DNA of 62,897 bases, filler included, from Rhabdomonas costata (taxonomy: Eukaryota), in assembly GCA_019059605.1 (NCBI GenBank). It is 50 parts of 50 records of this genome, joined end to end, with 100 filler letters (N's around TTAATTAATTAA, not from the genome) between each part and the next. Parts side by side here need not be neighbours in the genome. Positions count along the whole stretch, not along the records: positions 1 to 1,161 come from JAHMHO010025639.1; positions 1,262 to 2,422 come from JAHMHO010025640.1; positions 2,523 to 3,685 come from JAHMHO010025641.1; positions 3,786 to 4,946 come from JAHMHO010025642.1; positions 5,047 to 6,207 come from JAHMHO010025643.1; positions 6,308 to 7,468 come from JAHMHO010025644.1; positions 7,569 to 8,729 come from JAHMHO010025645.1; positions 8,830 to 9,990 come from JAHMHO010025646.1; 42 more parts are not named here. One strand, given 5' to 3'. Each line of letters opens with the position of its first letter. The stretch's first letter is position 1. The notes under the pieces are model-generated. The model made no database searches, was not told the origin of the DNA, and was given only the letters and a program-made list of their open reading frames with translations. The translations under genes and the position numbers were made by a program. This document shows, one piece after another, positions 1-11,351 of the stretch.

Positions 1-822
1 GTGTTGGGTTGGAGCAGCAGTCACACTGTTGCAAAACCCATACGATTGCGTGCGGGGGACAATGTGCGAGGGGTAAGTTATCCCGGAAGGGCAGGAGTGG
101 CCATTCAAACCATTGCTGCGTCTTGAGCAGGTCTAAATAAACCGTCGGCGGGGGTTTGCTCCCGTGATTGCTGCAAGTGTGTGTGGACAGACGTCCCGCG
201 GTTTCGCTTTCGTGCATATGTCTGTGGGAGTTTGGGGTGCCTTCCTTGAGCTGGAGGCAGGTCTAGGTAGGATTCAGGTTGGCGGAGAAGTGGGCACATC
301 ACCCGGAAGGGGTAAGCACTGGCCCTGCGAAGAAGTGGAAGTGGGCGAGTGAGAAAGAGTGGTCCGAATAAAAACCAACTTTTGTAAACATGATTGGCAA
401 GCGGCTTTGCTGAACCCAACATACCTGGGACGGGAGGGGTCACTGAGGCCCGAAAAAAGAACTGGACCCCCCCCCCTTCATAACGCCCCATTCAGATCTG
501 TCGGAAACCAGTGCAAAAGGGACCGCATGGAGTATGTGTGCACTTGAAGCAAAATCAATGCCTGTCGAATACAAGAAGAAACTAACAGCCGCGAGCCGCG
601 GCCACGAAAGTCCACGAAAAACACTAAAACGCACGAGTGGTTCAACCGTGCAAAGAGGGGCGATGAAGGACATGAATCCGGCCAGACGCAATTGATTATA
701 CACAAAATGAGGTAGTTCTTCGGAGTGTTCCGAAAGCCCCCGCGTGTCCTTCATCTTGGTAGCCCCCAATTATCTTTCACGTTTTGTGGTGGCGTAAGGC
801 AATAGCAGGACAAGAGAGAGAC

Positions 823-1084
823 CTCCAGGGACCTCCTCAGCCTCCTGGTCTCCGTCGCGCGGTACAGAGAGCTCTGCACCAGCCCTGCCAGAAGCCCGTC
901 CGCTGCGGAGTGGGCCTTTTTCTCCTCCTCAATTTCCCGCTGCTCGACTCGGGCTTCTCTCGGCGAGGACAGGGCAGGGTCAACGCCCAGGCCCAGGCCC
1001 ACCGCCGCGGCGACCATCCCCCGCTTTGCCCTGAGGCGGGTCTGCAGGCCTTGAAGGAGCTGCTCCAAGCTGACAGCATCATCG
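823..1084 (-). CDS. Internal exon, hypothetical protein (DDAVSLEQLLQGLQTRLRAKRG...RRSLE)
   Basis: GC-rich coding-like frame between TTTTCAG acceptor and GAG|GTCTC donor; no family recognised. Confidence 0.45.
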
Positions 1085-1161
1085 CTGAAAACGGAGAGCA
1101 CACCGTTTAGTCGAAAGTTATTGTATTAATCGAACATCTAACCTTGTGATCAAAACACCCC

Positions 1162-1261
1162 NNNNNNNNNNNNNNNNNNNNNNNNNNNNNNNNNNNNNNN
1201 NNNNNTTAATTAATTAANNNNNNNNNNNNNNNNNNNNNNNNNNNNNNNNNNNNNNNNNNNN
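1162..1261. other. Artificial contig spacer N44-TTAATTAATTAA-N44 (first of 49; last at 61638-61737)
   Basis: Identical 100-nt spacer every ~1.26 kb; the central 12-mer puts stops in all six frames. Sequences on either side are unrelated contigs of 1145-1163 nt. Confidence 0.98.
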
Positions 1262-2045
1262 GGGGGTGTGTTTGGTGTTTGTTGGTAAAATCTTGGGCTC
1301 GTTTGTCATGAATATTGTTTTGCGTGTTTTTTGTTATCGGTGTGCTATTACTGATTTACAACAATCCAGCATGAGGGCGAAGCCAAAGGAATTAAACATG
1401 GCATCCGGAGATAAGACAACCACCTGGTGAGGCCTTGAACACCGGTCGCGCAATCATTGGTGTCAGTACCTCTCCAAAGGGAAAATGAAGAACCTGGGTT
1501 TGTGAAGTCGGGATGCTGTTCGATTGAACAGCAAAGGCAACGTTTTAGCTAAAATGACACGCACATTGGAAGGTAGGCCACGAATGATACAACGAAAGAG
1601 AGTAGGAAACTCTCTTTCATACTGGAAAGAAGGCTAAGCCGAAGCAGGCCTGGCGTCGTTCTGTATACAGCAGGTCTCCCGAAACGCTGAGTGGCCGGTC
1701 CTTGGGTTCAGGGCTTCCTGACCTTTCACTGATTTCCCCCGGTTTTTTGTGACTTTTGAGGAAGCAATTATGTTTAGTCCTTCGAAAGAACCTATCCGTA
1801 TTCACCGTTTCACCTGAGATTTTTATACAACTTTTGCTCTCACATATAAGGCCTCCGTATCATTCTCAACCTCCATGAACGAACCAATGAAGCGATACAC
1901 CACTTTGAAGCATTCCAACTCCCCCAGGGGGAGGGAAACTCTTGCCTCTACTTGTTGTTGTTACGGCAGTTGAAAGCTCTTCGTGGGTGGTGCCCTGAAG
2001 CAGGTCCTCACAGAAATGCATCCCCCTCTCTGCGTCATGTCTTAG

Positions 2046-2199
2046 GTACCCCTGGGTGCTTCGGATCGGCCGCAGCATCTTCACCCTGTATGACAAGGGC
2101 TTTGTGAGGAACTGGCTGGAGTTCCTGCGCCGGCCCCTGCATGAGTCCGACTTTGGCCCCCCCGCGCCCTCCGAGCACCTGCGGAAGATCCTGCTGAAG
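2046..2199 (+). CDS. Exon of probable DHHC palmitoyltransferase C-terminal region
   Basis: YPWVLRIGRSIFTLYDKGFVRNWLEFLRR resembles the (N)PFDxGxxxNxxEF PaCCT motif; acceptor CTTAG at 2041-2045; donor uncertain. Confidence 0.5.
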
Positions 2200-2558
2200 G
2201 TGGCCTCCCCCGCAGGTGTGAGGGGAGGGGAGGGGTTATCCGCCTGAAATAGGACACTGAGGGCTCCAAAAACACCTTCAGTTTCGTTTTCTTCACGGTG
2301 AAGGAAGTCAGCCAGGATGCGGCGGAAATCAAATGGCGCAAGAGGGAGGCCCCCGAAAGCCAGATCAGCGCAGCCAAAGCCAAAGCAGCCCAAAACCAGA
2401 AGGGGGAAGACAAGCAAAAACCNNNNNNNNNNNNNNNNNNNNNNNNNNNNNNNNNNNNNNNNNNNNTTAATTAATTAANNNNNNNNNNNNNNNNNNNNNN
2501 NNNNNNNNNNNNNNNNNNNNNNTTTGTTTGGTTCGTACCTTTGGTTTGGTTGAGAAGG

Positions 2559-3497
2559 ATGCAGGCAGCGCAGCAGTATGTCCGGTCCGCGGTGACCGCG
2601 GTGGTCCGCGTGATTCAGTGGCCTGGCGAGTTTCGCCATCGCATCCTCTACGAGACGATCCCCTATGCCACCACTCTGGCCAGAGGGTATGAATCGGGGA
2701 AGAGTCTGCGCATTCGTTTCACTTACCCCTCTCATGCCTTTGACCTTCTTTCTATTCTCCTTTCCCCTGTTGTCGCAGGAAATCAGGCTGGGACCCTTTT
2801 TTTTTGCGTCGCTTTTGCCACTGTCACGACAATCGCAAGCGCGTGGTCCATAGAAAAACCCCTAGGTCCACAGTGATGACGCATACTGGTGAAGGGTGCA
2901 GTGCACTCCTTCGGCTCATGGGAAAGAATTGGGACCTTGCTCTTTAAAGAAACGCATGGTTGGCTCCACCGTAAACTGAGATTATTGTCAAGTCTATCAG
3001 AGCATACGTTTTCTTTTATGCCGAAACTTTTTCTGCATTGTGAAGCTTGAAAGGATCCGAGACTTTCTATTTAAAAAAAAAGTTGCCTCCTCGGCGCTCA
3101 AAGCTCGTTTTCGAACCGTATTGTGCCTCTGAGGCAGAATCCTCAGCATCGCTGATCTCATTGTACGCTGCATTTTTAATACCAGAGAAATAAAAACAGG
3201 TAAAAAAGATTTCTTTTCGGGGGGTTGGGAAATCGGAAATGTCTTATGAACTTATGGATTCCTAGCTAACCTCGAACGCTAGTAATGAGGTCGTGAAAGA
3301 GCAGTATGGCGGTGGAAGAAGGGGTGGCTGATCCTTTTGCTCATCATATTTTGTTTTCTTTCCTTCACCGCAGGTTGAGCCAGAGTGCTGTGGATGGCAT
3401 GGAGGACTTCTCCCTTCGAGGAGCTAAGGGGCTTGTGATAATGGCCTTTCTTGGCAGTGTACTTTGGGTCCTGCTGTGCGTCGCCGCCTTTCTGACG
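2559..3497 (+). CDS. Two 5' exons (2559-2686, 3374-3497) of a membrane protein with an N-terminal TM helix
   Basis: ATG 2559; phase-2 GT-AG intron 2687-3373 joins the frames: ...TTLARG|LSQSAVDG...GLVIMAFLGSVLWVLLCVAAFLT; next donor GTGCGC at 3498. Confidence 0.5.
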
Positions 3498-4075
3498 GTG
3501 CGCTTACGTGTTTGGTGGACTTTTGCTAACTGACATAGCAACAATCGTTTCCTAAAATGTTTGTTTTTGCTCTCTCGGCCTCGGCATCAGATTTTCCATT
3601 TTTGTTTATCGTTCACGCGCTCACAAATGGGGCCTCTTGCAGTTTTTTTTTGGGGGGGGGGCGTTCAGCAGTGCTAAACACCCCCNNNNNNNNNNNNNNN
3701 NNNNNNNNNNNNNNNNNNNNNNNNNNNNNTTAATTAATTAANNNNNNNNNNNNNNNNNNNNNNNNNNNNNNNNNNNNNNNNNNNNGTGTTTGTCCCCTCT
3801 GCTCTCGGTCCCCTTGTTTCTTCAATTCTCTACTTCCCAACTTTTCTGCATTGCACTGTGCATAGAGTCTCTTCCTTCCTGCTACTTTCGGTTGTTTTTG
3901 TGCAACCTCTGTTTTCTTTTGCGTGGTGAACATTGCACAGTGAACAATTGCTGCAGCAATTTATGATCTTGGTTTTGGGGTACAGAGGGCTGAAAGAAGA
4001 CGTGCAGAAAGCGAGGAGACCCGAAAGAAAGAAAGAAAAGATATCCCAAGCATGCTGCCGGGTGCTGGGTCATAC

Positions 4076-4218
4076 TTTCCGTAACGAGACTGGAAGGCGA
4101 GCTCAATCGGGTTCTCTTGGTCAGCAGTGTTGTACAGCAGCAAGGTCTTTCCACCGAGGTTCACAGAGACCGTGTTCTCCTTGGACTTTGCGCGCTCGTC
4201 TGCCTTCATGTCTGAGAA
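4076..4218 (-). CDS. WDR19: WDR19/IFT144 exon (later exon, inverted relative to the earlier one)
   Basis: FSDMKADERAKSKENTVSVNLGGKTLLLYNTADQENPIELAFQSRYG resembles the IFT144 segment FFLMKMDDR...ISVVLGKKTLFFLN...PADLEFQQDFG; CACAG acceptor, GTATGA donor. Confidence 0.85.
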
Positions 4219-4764
4219 CTGTGCAGAGGCAATTATTTGTGTCTCTGTTGCCACCACCGAGTAATCAACGGTATTTGCCCCCCTCCAGTTGGCAGCGGCA
4301 CTATCCATCAACCAGAGAAAAGTAGAATATCACTCAGGTGTAAGGAAGTAAAAAAAAAAAAGAAGAAGAAGGACGGGGGGCAGGGCTGTAAAAAAAACTT
4401 CTCCCGCGCGGTAAGTCTCAAAGGTTGAACCTCATACCATTACAACTGCAGACCTCAGATGATCGCTGTGGTGGCATGGTAGTTGTCCGGTAGTTGTCTT
4501 TATATCCCTATTTCCCTATTGCCCATCCCTATATCCATATTGCCCATCGCCAGGACGAAAAGCACTGAAACCACCTGAATTAGGGAGGGCTCATTCTTGA
4601 CGTGGGCCTGATCTAAAGTATCCCCATTCAACTCCAATTGCTGCAATGGATACTGTTCGATCAATTTCAAATCGTGGAACCACTTGTTGCGCAGACTTGT
4701 GTACTACCAGCATGAGGTTTTGTTTGCCCACTGGACAAACTTTTCCTCTTCTTTTTGCTTCCAG

Positions 4765-4946
4765 TTGGCCGTAGGCACAGCGAAGGGTGGACTTCTCATC
4801 TACAACCGCAAAACCCTGAAGAAGAACGTCATCGCGGGCAAGCACCAGCGCAGGATCCTCTGCGGGACGTGGAACTCCCAGAATAAGCTGGCGCTGGGCT
4901 CAGAGGATCGAACCTTGACCATCAGCGACGCTGAAGGGGATACTTT
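4765..4946 (+). CDS. WDR19: WDR19/IFT144 WD40 exon (runs off contig)
   Basis: [60 protein letters not shown] closely matches the IFT144 N-terminal WD repeats; polypyrimidine+CCAG acceptor. Confidence 0.9.
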
Positions 4947-5408
4947 NNNNNNNNNNNNNNNNNNNNNNNNNNNNNNNNNNNNNNNNNNNNTTAATTAATT
5001 AANNNNNNNNNNNNNNNNNNNNNNNNNNNNNNNNNNNNNNNNNNNNGTGTTGGTGTGTTTGGGGTTGTGTGGGTTATACTCATCCATAATTGTTCAGTAG
5101 TGAAAAGCGAACAATCGCCTACCCCATCCACTCGCTCCGGCGGCGCCGCGGACTAGCCTCCGCACCTATAATTATCTTGTCTCGGTTGTCTGCCAAACCC
5201 CAGCAACGACAAATCCAGAAATTCGCAAAATCCAAAACCGTTTAGCACTGCAAAACGCTTAGCACTGCTCCCCCTCCCAATACAATGGTCCCTGGAACAC
5301 ATCGCTCGTCTTCAGTGTGACCGACACCGCTGCAAGGAAATGTCAATTTTTTTTGGGAGGGGGGGGATTAGTGCATTGATTCCTCCCCCGCTCGCCAGGC
5401 ACCCCCCC

Positions 5409-5520
5409 AAAAAGCTTCTATTTTAATCCCAGGAACCGTGCATCGCTACCTAACCCCCTGCAAATCCCTATACTAGAAACCCAGGGAACATGTGCATCAC
5501 CTCCTACACCCCCTGCAACC
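5409..5520 (+). repeat. ~54-bp minisatellite unit family (also 18918-19015, 24408-24480)
   Basis: Shared unit GAATCCCAyGGGCACrTGCATCGCCTCCTAACCCTCTGCAAAAGCTTC in three unrelated contigs; period 54 at 18927/18981. Confidence 0.8.
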
Positions 5521-5827
5521 TCAGAAAGGGAACCAAAAAAAAACTTCACAGCTCACCCTATCCAACCGGGGGGGGGGGCATAAATGCACTGGCGCCTATT
5601 TTTCTTCCAAGTTATCCACTCAGGCCACCCACACGCAAACTTTCCAATTGTCCTCACTTCGGTACAAAGCAAGACGCAATCAAAAAAAGAACTGAGAAAA
5701 ACGGAAATGCGGGGGATCCTATGGTCCACACCCCGTGCCATAGAAACACTAAGCAGGCCCGGTTTCTATCCAACGGGTGACACAACCATCTGAAAAGAAA
5801 TCGGCATATGGACTCCGTCACCCATAC

Positions 5828-5960
5828 CATCGTCGCAGTACAGCTGGGACAGGGCCAGCCCGTTGCCCTCATTGAAGTAGGCCTCAAAGCACTCGTTGGA
5901 CACCGCAACGGCATCCTCAATGTGCGAGAACATCGGGGAGGGGATATCCGGCAGCGCTGA
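5828..5960 (-). CDS. Exon, possible NTF2/SnoaL-like (DUF4440) domain start
   Basis: IEDAVAVSNECFEAYFNEGNGLALSQLYCDD fits the NxxFxxAFxxGDxxALxxLYxxD pattern; TTTTCAG acceptor and GTATGG donor. Confidence 0.4.
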
Positions 5961-7096
5961 CTGAAAAGCACACCCACACCCACACACCCAGATACACACC
6001 CGTGCCAAAAGAGACGGCCAAAGAACCAAGAGCACCTGCGTCACATCTGATGTTGCCGGAAGCCACGCACACGCAGCATTCAAGAGCACAAAATCGCACA
6101 ATGAAAGTCTTGAACGGAGGAAAAAGCAAACACTGAGTCAATGAAAGCTAATTTCGAAGCTTTCTGCAACAGAAGCAGAGCGTCCCCCGCAAAATCTTTG
6201 CAAAATANNNNNNNNNNNNNNNNNNNNNNNNNNNNNNNNNNNNNNNNNNNNTTAATTAATTAANNNNNNNNNNNNNNNNNNNNNNNNNNNNNNNNNNNNN
6301 NNNNNNNGTTTGTGCGTCTGAGCTCGTCACATGGTTATAGTGGTGTTGGATGTGGATTCTCGTGCTTAGTTTAGTGCTGAGACTTCGGTGGTGTCTATTC
6401 CTACTTCTGTCAATGTGTTCTCATGGTTGGCGTCTCTCCTGGGTTCTAGTGCTTTTAATGTTTTTGCTGCTGTGTCTTCGTTCTTGGCATTCTTTGTGTT
6501 TACGGGATTGGTGCTGTCTTCCTCTTCGTTGATCTCGTTCTGCACGATACCTAGTTTTTTGTGGATCACTTCAATACGGTGCTTTTTTTGAAGGCTGTGT
6601 TTGGACTTTTTGTTGCGTTACGCCTGGGTTCTTGTTTGGTGTGTCGATCTGTGATGGTGCTGCTGTGCTTCAAGCGTTCCTGTTGACTTGTGGTGCTTGT
6701 CTTTTGTTCGGTCCTATGCACGCTCTAGAGGTTGTGGGTATGTCTGTCGTGTTTTTTAGTTCTCGGATGTCTAGCTGCCGTTTGTGTACCTCGGTTCCTT
6801 GGGTTCATTGTTGTTGTTTCTGTCTGCATTCCTTGTATTGCGTCTCATCTTCTGTGCTGCGTTGAGTTTATCGTCTTCTGTGTGAACATGGTGTCTTGAC
6901 TTCCGGGGGATCGCGGCCTCTGGCTCTCTCTTCTTATTCACGCGGGCGGGATTGGTGTGACTCTGGCTACCTATTATTCATCTGTCATCTATTCAAGCAG
7001 GCCGAGACTTATGCAGCACTTACGCAGCACTTACGCAGCAACAGTGCAAGCACAGCGGCGTTCACAACCACAACTGCAACAGCTAAAATTCCCCAA

Positions 7097-7200
7097 ACTC
7101 TACCGCCACCTTGGTTTTGCTCCGGCTCTTTAGCCTCCGCGCTTCTCTTTGCAACCTAATTACAACGCACAACCGAATGAAGCACGAAAAAAAATGAAAT
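7097..7200 (+). repeat. Dispersed ~100-bp repeat (second copy 38232-38337; 14-nt core match on minus strand at 44156-44169)
   Basis: Identical 26-mer TTGCAACCTAATTACAACGCACAACC at 7149-7174 and 38285-38310, with alignable flanks. Confidence 0.85.
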
Positions 7201-7968
7201 GCAGAAACATCTGTTTAGACTCTTCCCATCTCCTTCGTCTGCAGCAAAACATTAATTCAAAACAAAAACAACTCTGTCCAAAAAATTGGTCCAAAGAACT
7301 TTCAAACAACATCACTGAATGTAGTCAAATTTCTTCTTTCAAAAAAGTCAACTTTCTTTGAATTCCGCCACTTGCAACATTCTTTTCATAATCTTTGGTC
7401 TTTGCCGAATTCTTATGCTTATGACTTTTTGTGCAAAAACTTTCCATGACCAACCACACCAACCACCCNNNNNNNNNNNNNNNNNNNNNNNNNNNNNNNN
7501 NNNNNNNNNNNNTTAATTAATTAANNNNNNNNNNNNNNNNNNNNNNNNNNNNNNNNNNNNNNNNNNNNGGGGGGTTGGGAAAAGGGTGTCTCTGCCCGGG
7601 CTTCGCAACCGGGGTCACCAGTCAAACACGACGAGTCGGGTACAGAGCAAGGAGTTTTCGGGGATGTAGGACTATAAGTGGTGCAGCGACATAGGAGTGG
7701 GGTTGGGGGTACCCTGCTCTGGGTGAGCGCTCCAGTTGAGAAGGGCTATCCTTCTTGTTTGTCTGGTTACCGCTCTACAGGAAGTATAAACTGCAGTGGT
7801 TGGTTCGGTCTTGGCCTGCAGTGCGGCACCGGGTTTGCGCCGAACACCAGCGCGGACCAGTGTGGTGCCCCACGTTGCACCGCGGAGGACTGCTGCACTG
7901 GTGTGATTTTGCTTGCGTTGCATTGCGTTGCGTTGCATAAAATTGGCGAATGCGTGCGTTGCGCAAAT

Positions 7969-8004
<36 letters not shown>

Positions 8005-10179
8005 GCAGTGTCAATTCGGGGAGGGGAGGGGCGCAACTGTTTCTTTTTCGGGCATCCCCCACACCTCAACTGTCGTTTGTGTTTTGCCCTGCCCTTTAGG
8101 TTCAAGTGTTTTTTTCGCCCTCTCTCAAGTTTTTCGTCTCCGATAAACAACTTCACAGGAGGTCAGAGGCGATGCAGATGTCCTCTGAAATTCCTTTGGA
8201 AGCTTTCGCATTGGTGGTCAGGAGGCGATGCACGTGTCCGGCGTTTTTTTCAGAATAGCTTAGAGCTGATCCTGGGTGCTCTCACCACACAAATCCCGTT
8301 TCCAGGGGATGCCAAAAAAGCAGAGGTAGGCGGCACCCTTTTTGAACATGCACCCGATGCTGGCCAGGATGCTTGCCCTTTGTTTTTTGCCGTCATGTTA
8401 CCCTTTTGCCCATTCGTGTTTTCTTGTGAAACGCTGGGCGTGCGGTGCTGGTGGGCAAAGTCTCTATTTACTGCGTGTTACAACTTGTGGAAATGGATCG
8501 TTCCACTCAGCTCGACGGCGGCAAGCCTCGCAAAACGGAGTCGAGCGGTTGCATACATAGGCTCTGGGGGCGTAGTTGCCCGTTCTGCTCCACGTAGGTT
8601 GGTGGTCTAAGTCTCGACTTGAAGTCCTCGATGATGAAGACCTATCCTCGAACTCGCGCTGGGGGGAGTTGAAGAAAATTCTTGTGCCCCTACCGCAGCT
8701 GGACCGCTGGATCGGAATCCAGCCTTCGCNNNNNNNNNNNNNNNNNNNNNNNNNNNNNNNNNNNNNNNNNNNNTTAATTAATTAANNNNNNNNNNNNNNN
8801 NNNNNNNNNNNNNNNNNNNNNNNNNNNNNGTTTGTTTGTGGTGGTAACCAACAGTCAGTGCATAGGACCAACAGTCCGTTTAGCAACGGCCAGCACGATG
8901 CCCCGGCACGCGCACACACACGGTCGATTATTCACACGCACACAGCGTGCGAGGTTGAGGGCTAAGTTCGGGAATGTCCTTCCGCAGGCTTGTCCAAATC
9001 GCAGCACCTGTCAGGAGTCCCACACGCACACGAGCGGGGGGTCGGATTGCTCGAGACCTCTGTTGTTCCGCCACGCTCCATGTCCTCTTCATTCCCCGAA
9101 ACACTGAGGTGGATGTGCGTGACTTTTTATTTGCATTTAAGTGAAGGTGTGGATCTGATTGGTTTTGCTTGGTTTTTCAGCGGATAACTGTGAGACGGTG
9201 GTGTGGACGGCGGGGGTGCGGGCCTACGCTCAGTCCGCGGTGCGACTAATTGACCGCAGCAACGCGGTGCGGTACTGCATCTACAGGCACTTCAAGTGGT
9301 ATCCTCCGTGCGCGTATCAGTTGTATTAAAATTAATAGACCACTTGATCTGTCAAGATTGATTCCAAAAAATTGTCGAGAAAACACCGAAACATCAAAAA
9401 ACCTGTGGAATACCAGTCTGAAATCTGTCTTTCGGTGCACATGCACACACAGAAGCACACGCCTCGATCATCGAAACCATCGCGCACATCAAGAAATCAT
9501 ATTGCTGCTAACCAACGGGAATCTACTGCACCTGCAGCCGCGCCTAGGCGAAAAGTCACTGAGATAGTCCTGAGGTAGAGGAGATTCAGCTGAAGAGGGC
9601 AGGAAGACACAAAATAAAGGTGTACGGAGCCTCCGAGACCTGAGTAACAATTGAGCAGCGTCAAGTTGCTGAAAAAGTAGTTGTGAGCTTGGGACCCGTG
9701 GGGCAAAAGGGAGGTTGCTTCTTGTTGGATGAGCCGGCGCCCTACGGCAGCGTTCCCTCCGGCACACCCGTGGCCAACAGTGCGTGCGAATTCAGTCCAC
9801 AGCGGTCAACGACAGCCATATGCGCGCGCTCTCTCTCTCACGTGCTCGCCGCACGTCCCTTGGCATCCCTTCCGTTCCAAGACAACCCAGGTCAATTGCA
9901 TTCAGCCGAACTTTACGCAAACTGAGGATGGGTTTGCCCCTGTCCAGGTACACCGAGATGGACTACACGAAGGACTTGGGCCTGCACAGGNNNNNNNNNN
10001 NNNNNNNNNNNNNNNNNNNNNNNNNNNNNNNNNNTTAATTAATTAANNNNNNNNNNNNNNNNNNNNNNNNNNNNNNNNNNNNNNNNNNNNTTTGGGGAAC
10101 AGGACCCCCCCCCCCGGCGGGGAACAGAATAGCACAGAATAAAGCAGAGAGGTGTCGGGGGCCTGCACGGGCACAGAGC

Positions 10180-10713
10180 CTGGGGTTGTGCTTCTGCGGG
10201 TTCGGAAAGAGCCAGGGCACCACCCGGAACACCGTCGAGGGCCGGCGAACGAACGGCTTCTCAGGGAGGTTCTCCAGAGCCCACGTCAGCAGGCAAACCG
10301 CAGGCATCACCTGCTCCGCGGCCGCGGCATTCTTCCGTACCCCAGGCCGAAGCGAGTTATTGATCACACGGTACGGAGCGTGAATCTTGGGGTGGTCTTC
10401 GCCCATGGTCCACCACCGGCACGTCGCCACCTCCAGCAAGCTGGCAGGAAAGTTGGCCTGCGCCCACTGCATGCATTCCTCCGCAAACCTCACGGCGTTC
10501 TGGCTGCCTGCGGCGAGGACTTCCTGGGCGGACGCCAGCAGAGGCTCCGCGTTCGTCATCAGGATGCTCCGTTGTTTCTCAAACAGTTCCTTGTACTTGA
10601 CCTCCCACTTCTCGTCCCGGACGACCACCGCCTCCCCGAAGCCCAAATCGAAAAAGAGCTTCTTGTTGGTGGCCTCCCACTTTTCGCGCTCCTGCGCAGT
10701 CCCATCCCGTAAT
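10180..10713 (-). CDS. ADP-ribosyltransferase (ARTC/exotoxin-like) N-terminal half, internal exon
   Basis: WWTMGE...PYRVINNSLR...LLTWALENLP...STVFRV follows the YT..Y..LN..LR...L..AL..L....VYRG ART pattern; TTTGTAG acceptor; probable CAG|GC donor. Confidence 0.65.
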
Positions 10714-11351
10714 CTACAAACCCCGCCTCTCACACAAACCCACTCGCTTCTCGTGCCGCAAACTGACAGAAAACAACACAGAAAAGACTGGCTGGATTCA
10801 CGTGCCAGCAGCAATCGGCAGCTCTAGCACCTGTGCTCTTTGCCGCCATCATCGCTCTCCTTCACGTGTGTATGCGCGGGTGAGTGTCTGTGTGTTTCCC
10901 TTCCGCCTTTTCATCGTGCAAACATACAAACGCGAACAAACCAACACAACAGTCCCTAAGTCAAAGAAGAAAGTCTTACTACCATCCCTCCTGAAACACG
11001 CACTCTCCCGTCATCAGGTCTTCATACCCAAGAGGCGGCGGAAAACCTGACGGGAGGGGGAACTTTTTCGACAGCTGTTATTTCAACAAACACATGTCAA
11101 AATGGATGACACAACGCAGAAAGAAAGCAAAACCTCTGACCAAGGCTTTAGCAGCGGCACCCGGCCCACCGCGCTGAGCCGGCGGCAGGTCAGGGCTACG
11201 GCTAGAGTTTCCCGGGGCCTCAAGAAGTCAAGCAAGCCGGCCCACACACAANNNNNNNNNNNNNNNNNNNNNNNNNNNNNNNNNNNNNNNNNNNNTTAAT
11301 TAATTAANNNNNNNNNNNNNNNNNNNNNNNNNNNNNNNNNNNNNNNNNNNN

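Noticed and set aside
1262..1285. G/T-rich starts and C/A-rich ends as telomeres of gene-sized nanochromosomes
   Set aside because: No fixed repeat unit, genes are cut mid-exon, and the tags resemble WGA primers.
2874..2978. Box C/D snoRNA-like GTGATGA...CTGA in an intron
   Set aside because: No terminal stem and no convincing rRNA-complementary guide; the motifs are short enough to occur by chance.
7678..8610. 310-aa ORF, the longest in the track
   Set aside because: It reads through a (GA)n microsatellite and intron-like sequence; only the Cys-rich part to ~7900 may be an exon.
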